Below, piece after piece: positions 24,300 through 38,200 of a stretch of 64,000 bases of DNA. Each line of letters starts with the position of its first letter. Within the stretch, counting starts at the first letter, position 1. A program made the position numbers and the translations under genes. This DNA is from Lytechinus pictus (lineage: Eukaryota), in assembly GCF_037042905.1 (NCBI RefSeq), contig NC_087251.1, positions 3,598,001 to 3,662,000 on the forward strand, written 5' to 3'. The notes under the pieces are model-generated. The model saw nothing but the letters and a program-made list of their open reading frames with translations. It was not told the origin of the DNA and did not search any database.

Positions 24300-26068
24300 C
24301 ATCACTACCCTCCCATGAAGAAACAGACAAAATGATGGGATGTTATGGGCATACTAATGATAAAATAAAGACTGATTCATCCCAGTGGCTACCAGAACTC
24401 AAAGTAACCACCTATTTGGTCTGGACAACTGTGATTCTCTATGATGACACCAAGTAGCAGCTTCATCTCTGCACCATGAAGACAATTAGCTAAACTAGAT
24501 CACACTCTAGTTTGAACAGAAGAGTAGTTTCTAAGGAAGAAAAAGACATGTTTTTGGTTGCAGTATTACTTTGTTTAGCAACATGCAGCTGTGTGGGTTA
24601 GGTGCATGGATGATGACGATGATGATGTATATTGTAGGGTTATTATTTCATGCTGTCTTTGTTCACTTCTTGATAATAAGTGATGTGTCAGAGAAACTAA
24701 GAGGATAGTCTCTTATGAAGAATCCTATCAGGCATCTGTAGTATTTTGTGTTTACTACGCTATAAAATCAACTCCTGTAGTTAGAATGAGGTGAATAACT
24801 ACCAGTTGTCCATGATATTGTGCCATGCCAAAGTATAAGACTCTGCAGAGGATATGCACAAGATGTAAGTGATGTCATGCAAAATATGCTGAAATCAGTT
24901 TGTAGGAAGTGACATGGCTTAGTATGTTCAATTTTTTTTCAGAGCTATTCATAGTTTAGAAAGTAGTAAAGTTGATACACTTATTGGTCACTCTTTGCCA
25001 ACACAGCCAGTAATGATTTGTGGACCAAACAAGATTGCATTATTTCTTGTGTTACACTGCAATCATAGGCAACAGGATTTTGACAAAGTCAAGCACCCAG
25101 CACAAGACAATACACATGAATAAATGTGCAGTATACCACAATCAAATATCTTGGCTTTGAGATATTTTCACTAATTTGGGCCTATTATTCACAGTTTGTT
25201 ATATTTTCCACATCCAACAATGGTAATATGCATAAGAGGAAAACTTAGCAAGGTTGGATTCACAAAATCAGCGAAAATAAAACCAGCATGACATTTTGGT
25301 TTTTACATTGGTTGAGTATTGACTCATTAGATGTGTTCTGTATTGGCAAATGTTCTTATCATTCATAAGTCACTTTTTACTCTGCACAGTGACTGAAGAA
25401 AGAGGACTGTTGATATTGAACTGAACACTACACTAAAAATCAAACTATCAATCACATCACCATGTCAATTGTTGATTATATTCATTCAGCACATTTCTAC
25501 CCTATTGGAATTAGAGTATGTGGTGCTATGTAAAGATCAGGGTAGTCTAAAACTCTTCAAGCAAATAATGATCATGACAATATAGCAAATTTAGTGTGCT
25601 TACATTACACTTAAGAGTGACACCTTATAATGACTGCATTCAGGAATCCATGTAGATGAAATCCAAAATTCAGTATTACTTTGCTAGTGACTTTCAATAT
25701 ATACTTTGGGGTAAGGTAGGCCTCTCATAGTGTAACAACCACAATCTCAAGCCCCAACTTGAGACAACTAGACCTTTGATGCCCTCATTTGCGACGAATG
25801 GGTCATTTATAGGGGAAGGCGGGGTAAGTTGAGCATAGGGGCAAGTTGAGCCACCACCCCCAGGCTAATAATGAATGAGTCAGACATTGTGGTGGTGTCA
25901 TGTATTGATGACCCATTGCATAACCCTTAACCCCACCACATTGTTTTCAACTTTGAAACAAAAAGTACTTTTTTAGAGGGAAAAATAAAAATTTCAGCCA
26001 AAAAAGTAAAAAATGGGGTGAAATAGATAAGTGCTTTTTAAAGTAAAAGTAAAAAAGGGTGTGAAATA

Positions 26069-26310
26069 GATCCAATCAATCGCAACTATGGACGGCCAGC
26101 AATGTCAACAACTATTATGCATGTTTTTTCACAATATTTTCTAGCTATGATGTATATTAATGCATTCATTGTTTTATTGAAAATTCACTGTACTTCTTTT
26201 TGCATACAAAGGACACTGCAAACGTTTCATAGAAAAAATTATGACACTGATGGATTTCCATAGAGTTACGATTGATCGGATCAATTGTAACTCTTTGTAA
26301 GACGGGGCCC
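26069..26310. mobile_element. Nested Harbinger-like MITE, left end truncated
   Basis: GATCCAATCAATCGCAACT is inverted against AGTTACGATTGATCGGATC; ends GTAAGACGGGGCCC, similar to 35789-35897. Confidence 0.6.
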
Positions 26311-26750
26311 AGGTATGGATTCTCATTCTTGTCATAGTCTTTTACATGATGGATGCATAAGAAATGTGTGGATGTGAAAATATCGCAAAAAGTTCGGACT
26401 GGGGTAATTTAAGCCAACCAACATGGGGCAAGTTGAGCCATGGTAATTCTTATGGTAATGTATAATAAAAAAAAAAACAACGTAAAAAGCCATTGATATG
26501 CAGACAGAAAGGAGCAAATTCACATGACAGTTCTTTTACTTTTAGAAGATGTTAGTATTTATAGAGAATTAGCAAGTGAAAAGACTTTAAATGAAAAATT
26601 GACATCCTGGTTCTTCCCGCCTACATTTTGTACATAGTTTTTGTGGCTCAACTTACCCCGGACGGTGGCACAAGTTACCCCACAGATGGGGCAAGTTGAG
26701 CCATTTGACATAGTTTTTTTCAAAGGTCACGATGACTTTCAGTGTGGGCG

Positions 26751-27144
26751 TAGCCTATCTGATATCCGCCGGGCTATAGTGGGCAAGTTACTGGTCGCGC
26801 GAAGCAGACTGACGGGCGAGGGCGAAGCCCGAGCGCCTATCATCACTGGTAAAGTCATCAATATGCATATATGGTTATCATATGCGTGACATACTTTTAT
26901 TATGCATCATTCATGAGATAACCCTTATATGGCGATCAACTGTATTTCTTAACCAATCAAATATCGCAGTCTACCTCACGTTCAAGCCTCGTCACTTATT
27001 GGTCCGTGTTCGCGGACAGTTATGAATATTTATATTGAAGCTTAGTTGGGGGTTCGTAGAATTTCTACGAATGGAACAAGGTAAATAACCAGTGGTGATA
27101 GGCGCTCGGGCTGCCCACTAGCCCGACGCATATCGGATAGGCTA
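26751..27144. mobile_element. Nested 394-bp TIR element with 9-bp target duplication
   Basis: TAGCCTATCTGATATCCGCCGGGCTA / TAGCCCGACGCATATCGGATAGGCTA; flanks GTGTGGGCG and GTGTGGGGG. Confidence 0.85.
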
Positions 27145-28074
27145 GTGTGGGGGTAGAAAGTTATATATAGGTGAAAAATATTTCCCAAGAATCAAATTTA
27201 AAGACAAGGTACTTATTTCTACAATATTACTAGTCATATCAATTCTAACATGGAAAATGCAAAAAGTGTCACAACTTACCCCGCCTTCCGCTATAGGTCT
27301 CTATTATACTCTGGACTATGTTAGTATTTTCTTGTGTAGATAAAGTGAGTTATATTGTTTTTCCCTGAGTAGAACAAACTGATATTCATTCAAGATATGT
27401 TTTTCTTCTTTTAATAAATCTAAAGTCTGAAAGGTATGTGACTTGATATATTTGGAGAAGCGGGTTATTCTCAGTTGATTTGATTTTATTTTTGGATAAG
27501 AACAAGACAAAGAGGTATTCCATTTGAAATATGCGATTTCAAATATGTATGTACATAAATATATATGAATATATATAAGATGCTGACATCAGCATCACAT
27601 TTATTGTCTGATGTTTTTATATTTTTTTGCCAGTGCATGAAATGAAAAAAGATTTCCATTGCATGTGGTGTTAATTACATATTTTTTTTAGAAGAAAAAA
27701 GTATAGGAAATGCATTCAATTTTCATAGTGGTTCTTTTTTTTTCAAATCTTCAATTTATTCTCATATCTTCTAGTTGAAAAATGTAAGACTGTCATATAT
27801 AATGGTGTCATAATTGGGAAGTAGGCATAATATAAAGTTATTTTCTCTTGGTGTCCACATAGTTATTCTTGAAACTGCTTCACAAAATCTGTTATCAGTG
27901 ATCCATCTAGGCACTGAATGGATGTATTGATAGACCTATTTATCGGACTCAGGTTTACGCATCTTTCACTCCCTGGGGAGTAATGCAGCAAGCTAAGGCA
28001 CTGTCAATGCTTAGCAAATCTGCTATATGAATACATGTGAATGAGTTTTATTGATCACTGGAACCATCATGTTG

Positions 28075-28325
28075 TGTGGATGCATCACAATGATTCTGAC
28101 CCTTGTCTTTCAAGAAGAGGGTTCTGGATTCAAATCCTCTTCCAGGCATTCATTTCTTTTTTGCAAGAATTAATTCAGTATGCTACACTCAACAGAGGTG
28201 AAATGAATGGATACTAATATGGATACTTGTATGGCATCTCAGCTACAGCCTGGGTACATCATGGCGATACTGGCTGAAAGTTGCTTCACTATGTGAATGG
28301 ACAATATATTATTGTCACTATAAAG
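28075..28325 (+). mobile_element. Highly degenerate tRNA-derived SINE
   Basis: B-box-like GGATTCAAATCC followed by CACTCAAC.GAGGTGAAATGAATGGATAC and a simple-repeat tail. Confidence 0.35.
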
Positions 28326-31300
28326 ATGGTGATGAGGATGATGGTGATGAACAGCATTTTTATAGCACCATTTATCTGTAAAAAAAAACATTCTAAGGCA
28401 TCATTGATACTTTGCATGATTGTCACTATAAAGATTCATCAGATAATCTTGTTTCAAATTCCGAAATTGTTTATGGCGAAGATCAAAGAAATATAACCAA
28501 AATGTTATGTTTCAAAGTAAAAATTTATAAAACCCTTGATGAGTTTAAGTAAATGTGAAAGCTGAATGCATTTCCTTTTGATTTGTATGCTTCTATCCCC
28601 CCTTTTTTTTTTTTATTAATATGAGTATTTTATACTTAAAACCACAAACTAGTTCATGTTTTAAAAGCCACACATGGAGATCTCTTTGAATATTGTGAAT
28701 GTCAATGTTTTGGGTTTTTTTTTGCTTTATCATTACATTAAATTCAGTTGACAGCCAAAGTAACATAGTTAGCAGTGGTTACTCATTATACTGGATGATA
28801 AAAATAGTGTTTAAAACAAGTCTCAAGAAGGGGAGAGAAATTAATCATCAAGTACACATGCACAGCTTAAAAAGTTTAAATCTGAATATTAAGAAGTCAT
28901 TATTTTGTAAATCACTGCTATATTTGACATAGAAACATATTTTTTACAGAGAGATATTATGTGGTGGTTTTTTTAACAGAACCATTGATTTTTATTTAAC
29001 AATTTATATTGTTACTGATTTCAGCCAATGAAAGAGAAGTTGTATGGTGTGTGGTCAAAGGAGTTGTTATATTCTATATTTCTTTTGAAAAAAAAGTGCT
29101 ATTTTGGAGAGAGAAATTTCTTTAAGTATTGATATGATATATATGACATAAAATGTGTATAGACAATGCATGTATATGTAGAGCATATGCTTACAGAAAA
29201 TGCTGGAAAACCCAAACTGGTTTGAGTTGCATTTTTTTTATTAGATTGATGATAAAAGTACAAAATCTATGTGAATTTTTTGAAGATTATTGTGTTCGGT
29301 CATGTAGCATGAATTTCATCAGCTGACATTCACTTGTCAGGATCACAATACAAATGTTTTGCTACAAGATTTTATCCTAGAAATTATATTTTTTCTGTGA
29401 AATCAAAACCAAACGATGGCATTTTTTTCTAATATACAATCTGCTGGTTACAGTTATGCTTGAAGCATAGGCTGTCAGAAGATGCCATATGATACAAGCT
29501 GTTTGACACAGCAAACAATGTCTTCAAAACTCAAACTGGTATTAAAATATGATTATTTTTGTGGAGTATGTGATAATTGTATGTTTATTATTTTGTTTGG
29601 GTGACCAAATAATGTTGAACATTATCTGGATAATTTTCATGTTTTTAGGAGAGGGGTAAAGCAAAAGTAAGGAAATCACTCCTGAAATGACAAAAACAAA
29701 TAATGTAGTGAATATGAAAGTGAATTGAAAATAAAAATGACTTAGAAATAGAGCAACTATATGTTAATCATTTTGGTACAATTGATATGATTAGGCCTTA
29801 AAATATATGATTTATGGAAAACAAAGTTTGTTGGTAAAAGAAATTCAGTCAAAGTACATTACATTCATCAGAACAATGACCAGCATATGAATGAACACTA
29901 TCCTTCATTTGCAGAATCTTGACACTTCATCCTAGAATATTTCATCAAAATATAATCATTTTTATATCAAATTTTGTGCTTGTTACTCCACCAGTGTAAG
30001 TATATTTTATAAGGTGCTTGGCAAAATAGCCATGAATTCCTTTTTTGTGTTTTAATGGAAGAGCCCATGATGATGTATTATCAATATTTCATGGTCAGCA
30101 GTTCAAAGTTTCTGGTTATGTGATGTGTTGTTGGAAGGTTGACTAATTCTTTAAGTTATTTAAAATGAAAATGCACTTCATTGAATTCATGTCTGGTTTT
30201 ATTGGTTTTCATACGATTTATTTTCCATCAATACTTCATTCTGATATGCTAGTATGTATTTTGTATGAATAGAATTTTGCTTCATGACAATAATAATGTA
30301 CTGGATCATCAAAATGCATTACTTTCATGACTTTGATGTATTAAAGGAAAATATGAAATCAAGTTATTGCCCAAATAAACAGTTTTGAAAACAACGTTGA
30401 TAGAATTGATGTAAAATAGGTAAATGCCTATTTTGTAATTGAGGATATTTCAAATATCTTATTAAAACATTTCCCGTCCATATATTGTTTGTTTTACATG
30501 TATTCTAAATGGTATTTCTATGACATGACCTTCAGATTGTATACTGGCTTGATTCTCCCATTATGATGCTTTATGTACACGTATACTGGGAAAGAAAATT
30601 ATTAAAAATTGTTTAATTTATAATCTCTGTCTTACGTCATATGTTAATGTTATGTTTATGTTTTCCTTTTTAGTATTGACACATTTGTTTTCTTAACAAA
30701 TAATGTCCCATTATTGATTTTCCTTGCCCTCTTCTTTTCTGATTATCTCCATTCTATTGAAGTTTCACAAAGGTCATGTAAATGAAATAGATAGCATGCC
30801 CATCTGTTGCTAGGTGATTCTTTTATAATCAAGGAAATTCACATTGCTGTAATTTTATTTTAGCCACTTGAAGATATTCAAATTAGAAAGCAACTTTTGG
30901 ATTTATCTTTAAGGACATACAAGAAATCAATAAGTGTAATTGACTAACTTTTGTATGTAGTTTTCTATAGACTTACACACACTAACAATTCAAAATTGTT
31001 TTCTACGTTAAGATCCAATAAAAACTGATAAAGAAGTGTGAAGGCCCAATATTATTGTTTAATTCAATCAAACAAGACTCTTTTCTAAATTAGGCTTCAT
31101 ACATGTAAGCAGAAGTCTGAGTGACACTTGAGTAGCTGAAATGGATGTAATGATATGTGATTCTTCCAAGAAGAAAGAAAAGGGGTTGTATGTACGATGA
31201 GATGAAATTGTTATCAAGTACTGCACTGGTATCTCTGTCTTCTGGTAGTTTCTTGCACTTCATACACATCTTACATTATTACAGTTGGTAATTTTCCCCT

Positions 31301-33180
31301 CTGCAGACCGAAACATGATTTTATGTCTTTACTTGCATTTCTACCTTTCATTCTTACACATCATCCATGCTGAGTGCTATGCTTTATACTGTATATCTTG
31401 GTATAGTGACACAAGTCTATATGACTGATGCTGCTCAGTAATAATTTTTTTGCTACTAAAGTTGACAAAAAATTGATGGATATACAGTGTTTCCTGAGGA
31501 TCACTCAACAATTTAAGTTTTGTTTTGGATGTAAAGTTTGAATTTAAGTTGTAGGTGTAACTTGCTTAAACATGTGGCAGTCTACTTGCATTAGTCAAAA
31601 TCTGTTGTTGTTTTTTTTCTTAGATGTTAAATGCAGAAGTAGCGGAGTTGCTCTCATTGCATGTTTTGTCCATATAAGTTGTACCTTGTCATAATTTAAA
31701 TTATTCAGCGAGTCCCTGTAGCTTCATCTTGTGTATGGCTGTTGGTAATATCAAGTCATACTTGCATGTTTACAGCATAATTATGTATCAGGCATGATTG
31801 TAATTACTGGATAAGTTAAAATTGAACCTTCAATAAAAATGAAAATATTTCCTTTAATGTATTGATTGCCATGGTAATGTTCAATACGTATGTGAAATAT
31901 ATCATTAATATCCGTATGGGCTTATCTGATATTGCATGATTATATAGCTGAAGGTGTAAAGTTGTTTGGCATAAGCCACTGCAGAATTTGATTGGTTCAT
32001 TATCAATTTGTAGTTAAATACATGAAAAATCAATTTCTGCTTCTACTGTATAATTACACATTTGCAAGTCAGGTGCGTATTTACAATTCCCTTAATCTCT
32101 AATTTCTAATTGTTTCCTCAGTAAATTTCATAGGTAGCCTATACATATTTGCATGCCTTGTATGTATATTATGTCATCAAGTGTTAAAGGCATTCAGAAT
32201 GCTGTGTACACTTTGAATTTATCCAAATATTGTGAAAACAATGACCATTTTATCCTAAAAGGATTTATTTTGGTTCTAATTGTTTACAAACACTAACAGA
32301 GATATACAAATTTGTGAAAACTTCAATTTGGTAGCAGGCGTCTGGTCATAGAATTTAATACAAGAGAAATCGTCAGTAAAATTAATAAATTTTTTTATTT
32401 GTAATAGGCCCGACATTAAACAATTATATAATATATTCATATTTCACAACTTACACAAGGTAAATCTTATGACTTCAGTACCACATTCTGCACCCTATCC
32501 ACTTCACAAAATAAGTCAGTAACATTTTTAATGGGAGGGTATCATAAATAAATTCTGGAATTGTTTTTCTTTTTTTCTATTCTTTTATTTCTTGTAATTT
32601 TCTTGTATTTTCCCTAAAGTACAAAGAGATAAAAAGGTATATTAAGATGATAATTGCATGATTGGTGCACATGCATGTGATATAATGTAGATATTCAACA
32701 TGTCATGCTGCTTCTGTTCATTATTGAATTGAAATGATTTCTATGCCATGTGGATACAGGTGGATCCATATTAATAAAAACACATCACTATAAAATTATT
32801 GTTTCTATACACTTTTTAATGTTGTCAGGGAATACTAATGACAAAGACTAATGATGAGATTTTGTCAAGACAAAAAAATTGTGTTTGCTGTAACTCGACC
32901 GCCCCTTATCAAACCTGCCTAAATTTGTTAATTCCAATCCCCCCCCCCCCCAAGAAAGTGTGCTGACCAACCTTTAATTTGATTGTTATGCCTATTTTTT
33001 TTTTAAATAGCAAATGGCAGGGTAGAACACATGATATGAGAAGGGAAAAAACCAACTGACCGACCTATTAAGTTTGAAAGTACATAGTTTCATTTTACCA
33101 TACACTCTGAATCAAGTCTATTTTGCCTTGTGAGATTTTCACCTATAATTACAGTGGCTTTCAGTACATTTTTCTCTTAA

Positions 33181-33948
33181 CCCTAACTAGGCCGGGCTTT
33201 TTTGGCTGTTCTGTGGCCGGGGGGGGGGTTGATTCAACCCCCCCCCCTAAGATCTCGGCCGCCGATCACGCGAGCGCCCCAAAAATTTGCACGCTGGTAG
33301 TGTGTCATGTAATCTACAAGGCTGTATGGTAAAATTTTTCAAAATGAGATTTTACTTTATATGAATTAATTATGCTAATTTATGCATAAATCATACTTTT
33401 TGCTCTAATTCACTAAATAAAGCTCCTAGAATGCTAATTTTGGGTAAAAATATTCTTTGTAGCATTCTTAACAATGGCAATTGAAAAAAACTTCGGTTTG
33501 GAAATCAATTTCTTATGTATTTTATTGTTTTATGAATTTCTTATGTATTTCCTTTTTTTTCAACCTTTTGTTTTTCTTTGGTTTTTTCACCAGATTTATT
33601 GCACAACCTTTTTGAAGCATAATTATGCTAAAATCAATTGCTTTCAGAAGTTTAAAGTAAACATAATCATATCTTTATAAATAAGATGAGAAAAGTCAAT
33701 TTGCATTGACTTTGTACACAAAATCATGTTTTGGAACAATTTTTGGTCTGACATGCACTTGCAAAATGTTGCTTAATTTCAGAACCGCGTACCCGGGCGA
33801 TGTAAATTTGGTCTCAAAAGATGCGCGAGACTTAAAAGTATAAACTCTGCGAGTGGCGCGGTCAAAAAATTTCGCGCGGCGGAATGATCGCAGAAAATGT
33901 TGAGGGGGGGTTGATTCAACCCCCCCCCCCCCCCCGGCCATTTTAGGG
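33181..33948. mobile_element. piggyBac-like non-autonomous element (768 bp)
   Basis: TTAA|CCCTAA ... TTAGGG|TTAA; subterminal palindrome GGGGGTTGATTCAACCCCC at both ends. Confidence 0.88.
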
Positions 33949-34846
33949 TTAAGCTTGAGGTCAGGGGGCGTTTCATGAAAGGACTTATCAGATGTTTTAT
34001 CTCGCAAATTTAATTTTTTAGTAAAATTCCAACACCAGTACTTCTCGATTAAAATCCAGGAAAGGTGATGGATGATGAAATGCTCTCTGGGATTTTAATC
34101 AAGCAGGTATCATATGAGGAAGCCTAAACAATGATGCAGGCAAAATTATCACAAGGTGAAATAGATTGTTCAATGAAGATATATACTTGAAATGAACTTA
34201 TCAACATAAAGCCATCTACACAAAGGAATTACAAGTACACCATATTTCAATTTATAAATTGACTATCCAGCAAAAATATAGATTTATATTTATTTCCTAA
34301 AGACAACATCATATTTCAATTGCATTAAACAGGATTATACAAATACTAAAGAATTGCACTCTGTAAAATGTAATTGTTCCTCACTCCTATATTCAGTAAA
34401 TGAACAATGAAACCTCATTCACATGGGAGAAATGAGCTTAGCAAACTATGTGAACAGATCGAGTCAATAAGATATTGGCCATCAAATGAAGTACTGGAGA
34501 GGGAGGTGATATTTTATTTTTGGTGATGGTAACATATAAAAAAAGGTCAAATATCTTTGGACAAATCAACTTGTTAAAGAATTGTGCAAGCAAAAATTTG
34601 TCAAAAGTTGAAGATAAACACATGATTTCATATTTATGACAAAACATGGCATTGTGATGTTATAATTTTTTTTTTGCAAGTTTGGACAAAAATATATTTC
34701 CTTGAGAGAGACAGTGATGGTGTGTGATACTAGGAAGTGAGATAATTTGTCTCATGTCTGAACACTGAATAAAATATTGCTGAGCTTTGTTTTGTTTTTT
34801 AGTACGAACAAGTCTATAAGTTGATATAAATACACATCTCCATTCG

Positions 34847-35272
34847 TCATCTAAATCCAAACAATTCATTCAACCTCTCATTCATATTCCATAGTCTGGT
34901 TTTCCAGTCATTTCCTCTATCATCTAAATCTGATGAACGTTCATCCCCATCATTATCCGTGTTTCCGGTCCCGTCGAGTCTAAAATGGCTACTGATAACT
35001 CCTCTACACATTGGGCAGGCATTGAGGATTTCCAAGCACATCTGACACACGCACGCATGCCGACAGGGTATGATGACCCGTGTGATAGAAGCATTCTGGC
35101 AAACAATACAGTTCCTACTGACATCACCAAAGCTATCTCTACTCGTAGAATCTGATGAAGATACATGTTCACTAAATAGTATGCTATGATTATCATCACC
35201 CAAAGATGGTTCCTCGTCAACACTCACTCTTTCGTTGTGAAAGCTGGTCTCATCTGCAGCCATGTACATTTT
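34847..35272 (-). CDS. CGRRF1: CGRRF1 last exon, RING finger
   Basis: C3HC4-type RING; acceptor tgtag|AAA ATG. Confidence 0.93.
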   Translation of the reverse strand, partial: KMYMAADETSFHNERVSVDEEPSLGDDNHSILFSEHVSSSDSTSRDSFGDVSRNCIVCQNASITRVIIPCRHACVCQMCLEILNACPMCRGVISSHFRLDGTGNTDNDGDERSSDLDDRGNDWKTRLWNMNERLNELFGFR

Positions 35273-38200
35273 CTACAGGGAATTCAAAAGTAGATAGATA
35301 TGATGCAGCATTATGTGACTGATATACAACAGAATATCAACTTAGAATGTGATTTCTCATATTATTCAACTTGTTTGTTAGTATCCCCTCATACAACCCT
35401 TTCCAAACTGGCCATTTCTAAGATTTGAATTTTCAATAAAAACAGTCATGAAATAAATGCATCCTGGATCATATCAGTTGAAAATAAAGTAATGAAATGA
35501 ATTTTGTTTCATAACCCTTATTCACTAGTAATTGTGGGTATTTACAGTTTAAAGATCCACATGATTTCAAGCATCTGGTTTCCAGGGGAGTATTCTGAAC
35601 ATTGTTTTTTTTTATACATATTTTTATCTTTTCTAAGAAATATCACAGAATCTGCATTCTGGTGGATGTCACAACTTTTGTCTTAAAAATTATCATACAT
35701 ATTGTCTCTAGGGTGTTTGACCAACATACTTTATAATATACATGTACATTGAGACCTCTACATAAATACCACCAAAGGAGATAAGCAGGGATCCGTAACA
35801 CAAAGCTTAGCAATGATCATAGAACATTTTTCTACGATTGATTGTATTGACTACAATCAAGCATACAATTATTCGCTAACCTTTGTGTTACGGGGCCCAG
35901 GTGGTATTTATGAACAGATTTCTTGTAAATGAAAGCTTAAATGGGCAATACTATTCAAAGGAGATCAAATATGTGATCTTTATAGACAGGTTGAAATTCC
36001 ATTCAAGTGGTAGCCAAAGCAGGTTTTTGGACCTTTACATCTGCTCTTCATATTTCATTTTGTACTTCATGAATACATTGAATTGAATGTATATAATCAA
36101 GAGAAGATTACCTGAACATCACAGACTAATCCTTGAGATGTAATGAGCATTTGGCTAATGATATGAAGAGGTTTGGTTACCACAGTGTCTGGTAGATGGA
36201 TTACCCACAGCATGGTGTTCTGTATAAAACAAAGAAACATTTGAAAATTTGAAATACATGTAGATCAACATTTAGCTTTAAACAATTTACACAAATGTTA
36301 ACATTTAGACAAACAAATGAATAATATACAAATAAGTTACAGATAAACAAATGAATGAATATTTTCACTGTAATAATTACTTTTGAAATAAGCTCCTCTT
36401 GATAGTGACAATCATAATAATTATCATTATTATGATCATGATCATGATTGTTTGGAATATTATTATGATTATCATTATCATCTGCCTAAAAGTCACCATA
36501 CTATAGGGGGAATCAGTGATGGGGAGAATCATGTGGAAGGTTTATTCCATCAACAATAGGGCAAGTGTATTATGGGGAACCAAATCTATGTTAGGGGGAT
36601 TATTCGAACAATGAGAGAACACAAAAATGTTTCCCTCTACTGTTTGATGTGAAATTATTATCATCAATATTAATATTATCATAATTATTATCATCATTAT
36701 TATCATAGTTATAGTGACATTTCATCACTCAGAAACTAACGTAATGCACCTGAAAAAAAAATCAGAAAAGCACCTAAAATATGTAAAACCCCTTCACAAC
36801 ATATATTTGACTGTACAAAACATAAAATATGTATCATTTGCTACAATTGAAATAACTGTAATGATATCCTGATATTACTAGGCAGTACCTACAGTTATGC
36901 ATCTTGTCTTTTATTTGCGTCCATGAACATCAAATCATCTGCATTATAAATTCCCTATTTAGCTACTCTAATTCTAATCAATTTAGATCAATTCCAAGAT
37001 TTTGTTGCTTCATTTTTTTATTGCACCATATCCTTATAAATGGATTATCATACTCACAATCGATACACTGTGTGACCAAGTTTCATAGTCTTCATCATGC
37101 AGACTCATGAGGATAACAAGAGGATATTTTGACCTTGGAGTTGGGCCAAGATTAAAATCACTTTCACTTCCTGATCCTGCAATGCTTTGATTGAAGTCAT
37201 CTCTGAATTTCAATTGAATAGATTTTAAAGTATCTGCATCCAAGCTGTTATTCATGTTGGGTTAAGAAAAGTAATATTTTGAAAACAACATACTTAAACA
37301 GAATTTCAATAATACTGAAATAAACTCTGCCCCATCTTTCATGAGAGAAATGAAACTTAAGATCACAGAGTGGAGGAAAATATATTTGACAAGAAATAGA
37401 TTCAAAAGTGGTTATCAATTCAGATGGAGAAAGCAAAAAATTACTCAGTGTTGTGATAATGATAAATACATAACTTATGCACAAATTCCAATTCAAAGGA
37501 AACCTCAATGATCCTAAACACCTTAGACTTCAGTAAAGGCCAGCTGCTTGAAGATGATGAAAACATAACTTAACGTTCCATAAAGCTTTCTGTATGACTA
37601 AGCATGACTCTAAAAGTTAAGTCCACTCTAACCAAAAGTTAATTAAATACAGATATATAAAACAAAACACTTAATTCCATATACCTTAACTAAATCAAAC
37701 TTTGCATTAATTATGTCTGCTAATAAACTGCAAGTATGATAATCTTTATATCAAATTTTTATTTTTACTGCTATGAGTAAGAAACCAGTCTGGCTTCCCA
37801 TATTCAAGTTGATCATAAAGTGATTCATATTTTTAAAACTAGCTTTGTGCATGGGCGTCAGATGATTATCTGTTATTTTTGGGGGACGCAACAATAGATG
37901 TCCCCCCCCCCCATAAATAAAGGATAATAACCCTCTGCACTGATGCCCATGGCTTTGTGACAAAGTTTCTAGTCTCTGCTGCAAGACAAAAATTATATAC
38001 TGTGGTGGCAATGTTACACAAACCCTCTTAGCTTTGCAGACATCCACTTCATTTCACAACATATATCTGTATGGGAGGTTAGATTTATGATGTTATAAAG
38101 GTCCACTGGAGTATGGACATTACCCTGAAAAGTCTGTAAAACCCAAAAAGGCCAGCTGAGCACAGGCTCATGTAACAGTGTCAAAGACATAACATTTATG

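Larger units (their letters stand above)
25812..27291. mobile_element. Non-autonomous TA-flanked DNA transposon (Tc1/mariner-pogo-like) carrying two nested elements
   Basis: TA|GGGGAAGGCGGGGTAAGTTG ... CAACTTACCCCGCCTTCCGC|TA; internal GGGGCAAGTTGAGCCA repeats. Confidence 0.85.
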
